Below are positions 24,815 through 34,787 of a stretch of DNA of 34,787 bases, one piece after another; within the stretch, counting starts at the first letter, position 1; the number at the start of each line of letters is the position of its first letter. The translations under genes and the position numbers were made by a program. The stretch comes from Perkinsus chesapeaki ATCC PRA-425 (taxonomy: Eukaryota; Protista; Perkinsozoa). Location: the NCBI GenBank assembly GCA_013115145.1, contig JAAPAO010000375.1, positions 1 to 34,787 on the forward strand, read 5' to 3'. The notes under the pieces were generated by a model. That model ran no database searches. It had not been told where the DNA came from and saw nothing but the letters and a program-made list of their open reading frames with translations.

Positions 24815-25951
24815 ATGAGTTTTCGTCATACTGTCCCTTTCCTTGACACCGCAAAGCATCTCAATCTGTTCGGTTTAACGGTCATTCAAAGTCTTTTCTT
24901 AGTAGCTCTGAGTGCACCCAGTGAGGATGTGCTATTCTATCCACCAAATGACCCTTACTTTGAGCACCAAAGGGTACTATTTGAAGCACTACATATTAAT
25001 GAGACTTGGATGGCAGTTAGAGAATCTGGATTAGATAGGAGAGATGTAATCGTAACTGTAATCGATACCGGTGTTAAGGAGATGCCTGATCTTGAAGGCA
25101 AATTGTTGAAAGGATTGGACGTTAGTGGGGCCCCCGAGCCGTCAGTGGAAGATTTACACGGTCACGGAACAGCAATGGCGGCAATTATCGCTGCGGGCAT
25201 CAATAATGACATTGATGGAACAGGAATAGCTGATAAAGTTAAAATACGACCCATCCGAATAATGGCCTCTAGCCCATTCGCCGGCTTGCCGCACTTGAAG
25301 AAGGGCTGGAAGAAAGCAATGACATACAAAGATTCAGATATCATCCTCCTCGCTTTCGTGTGGAGCTACACCAACGACGATTCCCTCTTGTTCAAGGCTC
25401 TCTTAGAGAAAGCAGTGAAGAAAGGCAAATTCGTGGTCATCGGTGCTTCAAATCCAAACCACCAAGATGGATACGGAGCCGTTGCGATCCCGTGCTCTTT
25501 AGCCAATTCTATGCCTGGTGTGGTATGCGTTACTGCGACCTTCACATCGAACCCTCACTTATTGTTAAGTAACTCCTCCTTGCTGGCCAGCTTCGGTTTG
25601 CCTGGTACAGACGTCCTTATTCCAACTCTAGAGCAAGAAGGGGACGAGCGGAAATACAAAACAGCGAAAGGCTCCTCTCTCGCGGCCGCAATTGTTGCTG
25701 GTGTAGCAGCATTGATGCAAAGCTTTGGGAAGTTTGAGCCCGACGAGATGAAGACAATGTTATTGGAGGCGACTAAGGGTACCGTGGTGACAAATAAAGG
25801 AGACGGAATGCCGTATGGTGTCCTTCGACCTGATCTTGCTGTTAAAAAAGCAATTGAAAGAGCAAAGATATTAAAACAAAAATCAACCAAGGCACGGAGA
25901 TCTTTCGGGAGAATATGGAGAAGAGACAGAAACCGGAAGAGAGTGTTCTAA
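24815..25951 (+). CDS. Secreted subtilisin-like serine protease (S8A, thermitase-like), intronless, copy 2 with a basic C-terminal tail
   Basis: First ATG at 24815. Hydrophobic leader, YPPNDPYF, VIVTVIDTG, HGHGTAMAAIIAAGINN, GASN and KGSSLAAAIVAGVAALM. Clearly paralogous to copy 1. Confidence 0.92.
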   Translation: MSFRHTVPFLDTAKHLNLFGLTVIQSLFLVALSAPSEDVLFYPPNDPYFEHQRVLFEALHINETWMAVRESGLDRRDVIVTVIDTGVKEMPDLEGKLLKGLDVSGAPEPSVEDLHGHGTAMAAIIAAGINNDIDGTGIADKVKIRPIRIMASSPFAGLPHLKKGWKKAMTYKDSDIILLAFVWSYTNDDSLLFKALLEKAVKKGKFVVIGASNPNHQDGYGAVAIPCSLANSMPGVVCVTATFTSNPHLLLSNSSLLASFGLPGTDVLIPTLEQEGDERKYKTAKGSSLAAAIVAGVAALMQSFGKFEPDEMKTMLLEATKGTVVTNKGDGMPYGVLRPDLAVKKAIERAKILKQKSTKARRSFGRIWRRDRNRKRVF

Positions 25952-26936
25952 GAGAGGCCAAGCATCGTCGATGCTGCATCTATCGGGCGTGATTGAGAGA
26001 TAACATACTTGCTGTTAGTTGTTCAATATTATACTGGAGTCGTGTTATCTCAGTAAGTTGGCAAGGGAGGACACGGAGCGTTGAAGCAACCATGAACTAC
26101 CATGAAGTGGATCACCTGTATTTATGACACACAATCCATTCAGTGATGTCACTGCGCGAAAATAATAGCATAACGTAATCTGTGTAGCGTCAATGACTGT
26201 AGTATGACAGTTTCTCGTATGTCACACCATGCGGCTCGCATGTATGCATTGCTTCTTTTCTTCATTTTGTTATCCTTGTTTTTGAAAATTGTATGATTGC
26301 TGTTTAGCATTCGTCCTGGATGGCTCCGCGGGGAGAGTGAGCCTGGGGGCCTTCCACCTCCGTCGTCAGCGATTTGTCGGTTCTTCCACTGCGCCCAAAA
26401 TCGAGTGCGCAAAGCGCGCTGAAGTTTCGGGGCACGCAACAAAAACGGCTTTATCGAGCTAGATCGGTGCAGGGATCCGGCAGCAGCAGGAGGAGTAAGA
26501 ATTTCGCATGGAAGGGGAGGCCAGGTATTTCATCCGGATATTTCAAACATCACATTCTTCTAATCGATCAAGTTGAGCAGCCAAGACTTGTTCTGGCCCC
26601 ATGAACCGTCATGCCGTCACCAACGCTACGTGGCATCCTTATGAAGAATCTTCATCTTCATTGAAGATGAAGCCCAGAAATTTTTGGGAGCGGGCATTTT
26701 TTTCAGCACTTCAGCCTTTTTTGCTGAAGAAAATTAGACCGACATGAACACAGGAGCTACTATGTATTCAATCTATACTTTCCACCCTTACCTACCTTCG
26801 GTTACTCATTCTAGCTGGGGACTGGAGAAACTCTGAGGACCGATTCATCCCAGCAGCTAAGGACTAGCTTCCCTCTTGAAACTGACAAAAGTAATACACT
26901 CAAACAAAACCGCGTATCATGCTCAGAAACACGCTT

Positions 26937-28327
26937 TCACCAACGCCATCTGCTGACCTCAACAAACTTAAACAAGGAGGCCACAAATATGATTGTACCC
27001 ATTATAAACCACTGCATGGCATAATTAAAGTGGACATGTTCATCGCAATAAAATACCATATAATCATGTCGCTTCTTAACGTCAAATGGTGGCCTGAAGG
27101 CCCTTCTGGCATTATATGGGTCATCCTCGTACCTGATGAGGATGATAGTATAATAAAGAGTAATACGCAAGTTTATTATTAGATGACATATTTCGAACCC
27201 GCCAGTCTACTCCTCCTCTCGCGACCCCAGCGACCGTCTAGAGTTAGAAAGGTATCGGCCGTTTCATGGTGCTGCGCTAGGTTGCCCAAGTTTGTCCTAC
27301 AACTCGCTCTATGACACATAGACCTACACCAATTATTTTTGTCACTTTTCTACGTTCCTTCAATGAATTCATATATGATTTGGAAGGGCCAGTAAACTAA
27401 TCGCTCGATTAATGAAAACCAGGCGCGATTGAGCCTCCGGCGAAAAAACGAAAACCAAACGCTCCACATGTCCACATGAGTTTGGTCCTTAGATTTGGTG
27501 GCGTTATAGGGCGCCGGAGCCATGTGGGATTGGATTTCGTCTCCAACCCTCTCCTACCTGACATCATATGCGTTAATCAACGCCAGTCCCGCTTCTGTGT
27601 GATTTCGAGCATCAACACACTCAACCAGTTCATCTGGAACCAAATACCGAAAGTGTCTCGCCGCCGGATTGTTCCTCAATCTCATCATCGACTTTTTGAA
27701 TGACATTAACTCTCCTGCTACCAAAACTCCCCGTACTGTAACCCACTCGTTCGTTTCCTTTTTCTCTGTAGAAGCCAGCCACTCAAAAGGCAGCATTCCT
27801 CGATTAACCATCACCGTGCTCCCGTCCGCCATTCTTAGCGGTGTTATCACCAAGTACCCGGGTTTTTTCATCTCATAAGGAGTTTGTGCCGGCCGCGGTC
27901 CAACCCAAATCTCCTTAGAGTGATCATACACTCCCGAAACTTGAACCACTCGATACTCATAATCGGCCAGGTTATTTTCGTTCCACGGGAACGGCGACCC
28001 CTTCACTTCGATTCTCGGCATGTTCAGCCGCTCATGTCTCTTCTCGATAATTTCCTTTTTAAATTTCATCCGACGAAGCTGCCAAATTCCAAAGCTGAAT
28101 ATCAAGCAAGTGCACATCGTCGCAAATCCGACAATGAAATATTTCTCATGTCCTCGAATGCCATACTGCCGATTGCGGACAACTCGTCCCACTGGAGACG
28201 TCACAGGGTCCGACAAACGCACCACTCGTATGACCACCGAACCTACCAAAGACACGCTGCCTCCCTCCGGGAAGATTAATAATAACATCGGAGATCCTGG
28301 TCTTCTGATGTATACAGCCCGACACAA
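26937..28327 (-). CDS. SURF1: SURF1/Shy1 cytochrome c oxidase assembly factor; exons about 28327..27558 and 27132..26937
   Basis: FSFGIWQLRRMKFKKEII, EYRVVQVSGVYDH..EIWVGPR, GYLVITPL and VMVNRGMLP. A phase-compatible AG|GTAGG...CATCAG|G intron joins to HFNYAMQWF plus the C-terminal TM. True start is uncertain. Confidence 0.9.
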
Positions 28328-28439
28328 TAAAATAGAATAATTCGTATTTTTCAGATTTCTCGTTCAATGTTGAGTGCTGGAAAGTGAAACTTTAAACATG
28401 ACAACTAAAATGGGAATTAAAACCATGACAGTAAGTCGA

Positions 28440-29695
28440 TGTATAATTATAAAGTCTCTCCCAGCAGACTGGGAAGGACACATTTCCGAAACCTGGTGGC
28501 TAGAAACAGAGCAGCTTCACATACATCAGACTGTTGCAGATTACGCTACAGCGCACTATAGAGGATATTACACATAGCTACGGGCAGCAGCGCACTATAG
28601 AGGATATTACTCACAGCTACGGGCAGCTGCGCACTATAGAGGATATTACACACAGCTACGGGCAGCTGCGTTGGTTCGAGACTGCGAGTACCTTCACATT
28701 CATGAGGATCGATGAAGCGATGCTCCGCCTCTGACAGGATTTCAATGTCCTCTTCAGTCGCCGGGTAGATCACTTGACCTGATGGAAAAACTAGTAGCTG
28801 CCTCAAATGTGGGGGGATTTCGGTCCAAACAGATAAGGCTACGAAGCCATCATTGTTTGATAATTAAAGGGCGAGAATAATGTTAAACCTGACTTATTCG
28901 CATCAGTACTCTACCCGGACAAATGCATTTTCCACCCGTGCGAGATAATAACATGTTGTCCAGTATACTATCAAGTTGATACTCCCTCAATCATTTCACC
29001 AAATGTAAATCATCTACAGTGAAAGGAGCAGCTAGCACGTGAACTAATCCAGCGAAGAACGGTCAGGATTTTGAGCTCACTATTCACCTAACTCCATCAA
29101 ATGGCAACTGCTATCTTGCCACGGTTTGTGTTACCTCGGAGGCTCCCCCCAAAGTACTACCAGTTGTCGACTCCGTGTACAGTGTAGGAGGCAGGGCTTC
29201 ACCGTGCTCGCTTAGACCATCATTCTCCGGCAAGTTCGGATTCTCCAACTCCGCCAGAGGATGCTTCCAAGCGCTATCTCGTCCTATACAACAATAACTA
29301 CTGCAAGTATAAAATAACGAAGAATAAGTATAACTTAATTTATGAGTATGAGTCTACGAACATTCAAGCGCGTCACGCTACTCTTTGTGTCCTTTCAAGC
29401 CGGAGCTATTCAAAGTTAAAGTGTCGACTGTATTCACCGAGATGCATTCAAATTTCCGTATGATACAGTAAATCAAAGAAAGCAAGTCTTGTAAATCATG
29501 CTGTTTGATGATTCTAGAAATTTCCAAAGCAACGGCGGCGTCCAGATCTCCACAAGTCTCATCAGAAGCGTAAACTCCGTACCACAAGATAAGCAATGAA
29601 ATCAATGACCGGCTAAACGAAGTAATTATACAACATGTATTACAACAACTCAATTGCATAATGATAATCACACCCGCCATCGAATGCATCAACAA
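28440..29695 (-). CDS. Putative multi-exon hypothetical (possibly secreted) protein upstream of SURF1
   Basis: Coding-like segments SLISLLILWYGVYASDETCGDL..., HPLAELENPNLPENDGLSEHGE... and QLLVFPSGQVIYPATEEDIEIL.... The 39-bp repeat likely sits in an intron (G|GTACT ... TTTCTAG). Confidence 0.3.
28549..28670 (+). repeat. Tandem repeat, 39-bp unit x about 3.1
   Basis: CAGCGCACTATAGAGGATATTACACATAGCTACGGGCAG units at 28549, 28588 and 28627 with 1-2 substitutions. Confidence 0.95.
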
Positions 29696-30296
29696 TGTTT
29701 ACAATATAATACGATGACAGCTGTAAGCCCAGTCGCATTCGACTAGCAGCTCTCCCTTAAGACCTTGTATCCGATCCTTTATTCCTTCTAACGTTTTATC
29801 ATCTCCCAAATCGGCTTCCCGCTTATTTTTAATCATAACGTCGCCTTCTTCGACCGCTGAGCTATCGGGTGCCTAGAAAGGTGTGAATGACTGCCCTCCA
29901 GAATGAATGCATTCAAGTCTTGAATTTCAAGATCAGATTATCCCAGTAGAAAAGGATTTTTAGGCAGTGACACCGCGGCGGTGGCGCATTCACAATTGCA
30001 GCAGGTCATGCTTCAACCTAAGATATGCGTACACCAGGTGTACTATGCGGGTCCCGCATATGCAGGGTCTCGTAGAGAAGCACCAGACTTTTTTGTTCGG
30101 GTGGTAGTACCAGGACTGGGCTAGTCAGCCGGCCAGTGAGCAGTGCATCACTGCTAGATTCCCATCGCAGTCCTTTCTACGTCGATCCTACCGTGATGGC
30201 AGTGTTGCCCGGGCAACCTGCCTCTCACTGGGGGTGTTTGGACTGTCGGTCGTTCGAACATCATCAGGCTTTTCTATTATACTAGGCCTTTGTGAC

Positions 30297-30428
30297 GAAG
30301 TTTGAGCCCGACGAGATGAAGACAATGTTATTGGAGGCGACTAAGGGTACCGTGGTGACAAATAAAGGAGACGGAATGCCGTATGGTGTCCTTCGACCTG
30401 ATCTTGCTGTTAAAAAAGCAATTGAAAG
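30297..30428 (+). pseudogene. Subtilisin C-terminal gene fragment, identical to 25729..25860
   Basis: 132 bp match base for base (KFEPDEMK...AVKKAIE). Contains no catalytic residues, and the flanks are unrelated. Confidence 0.9.
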
Positions 30429-31263
30429 CGCAAACCAAGGCAGACATGAAGGTCGGACTGTAAGAAGCAGCTAGACTAGCGTATGGTTTTTCAATCTAAA
30501 ATTATTACTTATCATCATTTATCATAAATTTCATTAATCATTTATGTAAGACATGTTCGATGTTATTTGGGTCCCAGTAGCATTCGAATTTCGTTATTCA
30601 GTGCATTAACGTAATGGAGTGTCGAAGCGTAGAACCACTTGATGTGATTGAGACAGAAAACACTTGCTCTTACTCCTTCATTGCGGTACTAGATTGGTGT
30701 TCATGAAGTATTTTGGCAAGAAAGGATGGGTAACGCCTGTAACAGCTTTCGAGTTCTGACCTCCATGCTGCGACAAACTATCGATTCAACGATCGAAAGT
30801 GGCAATTGATTTCCGTACACTAATTATCTTCTATCCAAAATAGATGCCACGAGCTGGCTGAAAAAAACCATCACTCGCCAGGATTCTCAGACACCTTTTC
30901 TTGGGAGGAAGTCCTTGCTCGTCCAGGCAACTAGCCAGGACAACACCAAACTTCTATAACTGTTGTGATGACATCTCTGGCTTATTCTAATAATAGTTGA
31001 ATTATTATAATTCAACTGGATTCGACTCGCTCAACTTCGGCGATTCGCCCAAGACGCAGGGTGTGAACAATCAAGCCGTCGGATTCGAACAGTAGGGAGT
31101 CCATTAACTAAACTTATGTCGCCAAAATTCTCATTTTGCCAAAACCAAATTTTATTTCAACCAACCGCCTTGGCATAACGAGACCGATGCCAAAACGAAG
31201 ACTTGAAATTAATTCCGAAGTCAAGACAAACACTACGTTGGCGCTGAAAGTCTTCCCCTTCGA

Positions 31264-31560
31264 TCATCTTTCAGTGCCTATCCGCCATTCACACACACAT
31301 TTCCGACTATAACATTTTAACATTTTAAAATCCACTTTTTCCATCACTCCGTTCAATACTACCACTTCCTTAGTATCACTCCCCAATTTCTTATCGATAA
31401 TTTTCGATCTCTGCTCCCTTTTCCAGATGTCCTGTTTTAACTCCCAAGCTGATTTGTACTCATACGGGACAGTCGCATTAACATCTGGATTGTGTCGCCA
31501 ATCACTGCCTATCAAGGACGTGAAATCACACAAGGAAGCTGATGCACCACCACTGGACAT
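31264..31560 (-). CDS. Hypothetical protein (98 aa; possibly first exon or frameshifted remnant)
   Basis: ATG-initiated protein-like ORF. A second frame (IEGEDFQRQRSVCLDFG...) continues just past the stop. Confidence 0.3.
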   Translation of the reverse strand: MSSGGASASLCDFTSLIGSDWRHNPDVNATVPYEYKSAWELKQDIWKREQRSKIIDKKLGSDTKEVVVLNGVMEKVDFKMLKCYSRKCVCEWRIGTER

Positions 31561-34204
31561 TTTACATGTAAAGCGACTCCGTCATTAAAAACCCCGCAAA
31601 AAAGTCTATACCAATTCATATCATTACGATATCAATACCTCGGGACTTTACAGACAACATGAATTTTAGATCACTCCTCCTTGAGATATTTCTAATCCCC
31701 ACCACTGAAACGTATGTGGAGCATTCAACTTGAGAGAATGACCTCTAAGCGAAGCGTATACTTGTTTTACTTTCCAGCCCAATAACACCCGCTATCGCGG
31801 AACGTAACGATTGCAATAGCGATCAAAACTTACTGTCAAATCCTCCCTTCTCCGTTGAATAAAACCTTCCTGTGTATCGCAGCCAAACACGATATGGCCT
31901 CAATCGTGATGATAAGAAACCGAATTGAAGTGTAGACGTGGGGGAGGAACAACGCATTCAATCAAAACATCAGAACACATAAAAATAGAAAATGGTATTA
32001 TTTGAACTTAATAATAATCTTAACAATACAGTATTATTAATACTCGCTATATTATTGCCTAAGCGCCGATAATCATGGTATTCAGTATCTTCCCAAAATT
32101 AACATTCCTTCAGGCGCAGGTCACTAATAGTAGTTATCCCAAGTCTAAGTAGTCTTATAGCAGTACCTTACAGCAGCTTCAATGTCACTCAGTAGTGTAT
32201 CGCATTGGATCTATCTCACTGTCCACGTACAAAATAATAGTATATACCAAAGTCAGACTTACAACCAGCAGCACTTCAACAAACAGTGTATTATAAAATT
32301 ATCATATAATGATATATAAGCCACTGTAGGGGTAATGTCAATCGTTGCTCAAGTGAATAGCAATAATAGGTGAAGCCTAATACATTCTTGTTGCAGCGGT
32401 TATCGATTAATACCTATCCAATGACGCTTCGATAAGACTATCGTTAGCTAATAAAACCGCGGCACTGAGAAGTCTATACGAACCGAGTTCTACAGAAAAA
32501 GAAACTGCTGGGATTTGAGGGCATCGCACAGAGATAACAAAATCGACTTTTGGCGGCATATCAAATTCGCCGAAGAGCTTCCCCCCCAAATAATTTATCC
32601 CTCGACTTTAACACAGCAAGTTACCTCCTTCTGACTGTAGATAGAAACATAACTGGTGAACACAATCGTATAAATAATACCATCAACAATCGACGGAGCC
32701 TCAACAACAGTCAAACCATTTCGGCGAACCTATCAAAAATTACCATTTCGTCCATCAGAATCGACAATTCCTCCCAGTACGGATATGATCAAAATTTTGC
32801 TCGAGACGGGAACGGCATCGAATGCAATTCGTTTCACAAACGTCCTCTTGCAGATTTCCACGTACCTGCTGCCATCAAAATTTTATTCCTAGAAAAGCGA
32901 AGCTGTTCCTAACGTGAGGATCTTCAAAAGAGTTTTTTATAAAGCATGTTTCTCGGTCAACTCCGTCTGGTTAAACAGATACTACCATTTGCCGTTAACT
33001 CCCCGCTCTACTACATTCTAGGAACTGCATCAATCGTGTCACCGTCGTTCATTTGTAAATCATATGGACAGTTATCTTCAGTTACTATTTGATCTCCGTA
33101 ATAGAACGCATATCGTCCGAATGCCGGATCTGAAGTGCAACACATTACGAGCTGCTGAGCTATCCTCATCGGCTCGTCGACTGAACACATCCGTCATCTC
33201 AAATAGAGCATCTCTACACGCTTTTACGACCAACAGTAAAACAGCAATATATGACCTCCGGCGAACTTATATCAATTTATTATTAGTGATGAACGCATTT
33301 ACCCCACTGTCAGAGAGATGATGATGATTATGATAGCTTTAGCTACCTCGCAAATATCTAATTTTAACATCCATACCGGTAGCCACTCGCAGCCTGCATA
33401 CCCTAACCTGGGGTAACAGTGGAGCATCCGATCCTCGAACCCCAACCCTTAGCATTCATTCAGTATCGACGGCGATGTGGCAGCAGCCAGATCTTATATG
33501 TAAAAGATATGATACAGTCTTAGCACCTCTGCTAAATATACAATAGTAACTAATACCGGTTATATCACTGAATAATAATGATCATTCAGTTGCTATATAA
33601 ACAATTATCATACAGTGTGTGCATTTATTATTCAACTAACCGTACACTAAAGCAGCAAAAATATAATACCATTATTATTAGTATTCTTTAAAATATATGT
33701 ATTAATAATATATACAGCATAACAGCGACAATCTCCAGCCTCCGTTTCCCCCTCCCATTATTACTATCCGGAGCTTGTGCCTTGCAGAATATTCGAAACA
33801 CTGCTCGAAGCTCCTTGGCATCACTAACTTTATAAGTTGAGGAGAAACCAGTGGCCTCATTTCGTATGGTTAATTCTATTCGCAGTGATTTATCCGGTTC
33901 TTTACCTGAAATACGAAAATTCTATCAGAAGTTACAAGGAGTATGTAACAACCGCTGCAACTCATTTATGAACGTGACTGTTATACAGTAAAGTTCTAAG
34001 ACTAATGATGGAAGCCTGAAAAATTGAGGTAAGGGTATTTTACTACAAGTTGGCCTATCAAACTAATAATATCTATCAGAATTGGACTAATACTTATTGA
34101 CGGTCGTCGATTAACGATCGAGACGTCAAGGCTTATATCAAATTAGTAACACTTTAATTTACCTCTAGCAACTGGTTTGCTATTATTAAACAGATGCCGA
34201 GACA

Positions 34205-34400
34205 CCTGAGGGTTCATGTACATTAAGCCAATGCCAGCCATAATGGAAAGAAATAAAACACTGTAAAATGATTCATATGGCTTTAAATACAGTGATGATA
34301 TTGTCAATGTAAAGAGTGTTTCAAAACTCCGTTTACTTATATTATAAAATGTTTCCAATTCCGTTACTTCTATTTTAGTATCTAGAGTAAGAACCATCCG
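34205..34400 (-). CDS. Exon of a probable DMT/SLC35-type membrane transporter
   Basis: FYNISKRSFETLFTLTISSLYLK..SFYSVLFLSIMAGIGLMYMNPQ|GTGTC resembles the K-x-x-E-x-F...S-x-L-x-L plus TM pattern of EamA/TPT-family transporters. The rest of the gene is unresolved. Confidence 0.3.
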
Positions 34401-34787
34401 CTCTCGTTCATGAAGACGACATGTAAACCAAGGTTCGTAGCGCGCACAATGATTATTGCTGAGTGGCAATATATACCTAAGCCGATTACTCGATGAGGCT
34501 GTGAGTCGATAAGCATGTAAGACTCTTACGGTCCCGAGGCAATCTAATTGACTGTTTTATGCTTCAATTCAGTGAACCTGGAAAGTTCTAAGATTCTCGG
34601 ATCCGTATAGATCTTTGAAGTTATAACTGTTCACCAAGTATGAATTATGTGCACTGGCCAGTCTACGAGTCGATCTAATACAGCTACTCAAGTGCCACCA
34701 ATTGTGTGTACTGTAGTGTGGCGACGAACCAAGGTGTCCGTCGGAAAGAGCTGGTGGCGGATCCATAATGAACACAATGCAGATGAC

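Noticed and set aside
26149-26760. Gene between subtilisin 2 and SURF1
   Set aside because: Several short coding-like frames broken by stops. No family or consistent exon chain is recognisable, so at best an unidentifiable remnant.
33700-33920. Trehalose-phosphatase-like C-terminus (STYKVSDAKELRAVFRIF)
   Set aside because: The resemblance is too short and no HAD motifs were found. It is probably an exon of an unresolved minus-strand gene in 32400-34700.

Overview
Eukaryotic, intron-rich DNA with short GT-AG introns and most genes on the minus strand. Gene content and style suggest a Perkinsus-like alveolate parasite (inference; no taxonomic marker is present). Recognisable housekeeping genes are an E1-like (SAE1/Aos1-type) first exon, a multi-exon C19 ubiquitin-specific protease, a PI4-kinase III-beta catalytic exon and a two-exon SURF1. 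Between them is a dynamic accessory layer: (1) two intronless thermitase-like subtilisins with no recognisable prodomain, plus a 132-bp perfect fragment of one; (2) a near-identical duplicated 90-aa secreted 8-Cys peptide gene next to the first subtilisin; (3) a decayed SURF1 duplicate; (4) two candidate TIR-bounded non-autonomous DNA elements; (5) three minisatellites, one flanking an N gap; (6) many perfect hairpins with 1-nt spacers. The best candidate for an undescribed system is the prodomain-less subtilisin plus small Cys-rich secreted peptide locus (1221-5530). All exon models were built by eye and several hypothetical genes could not be resolved.
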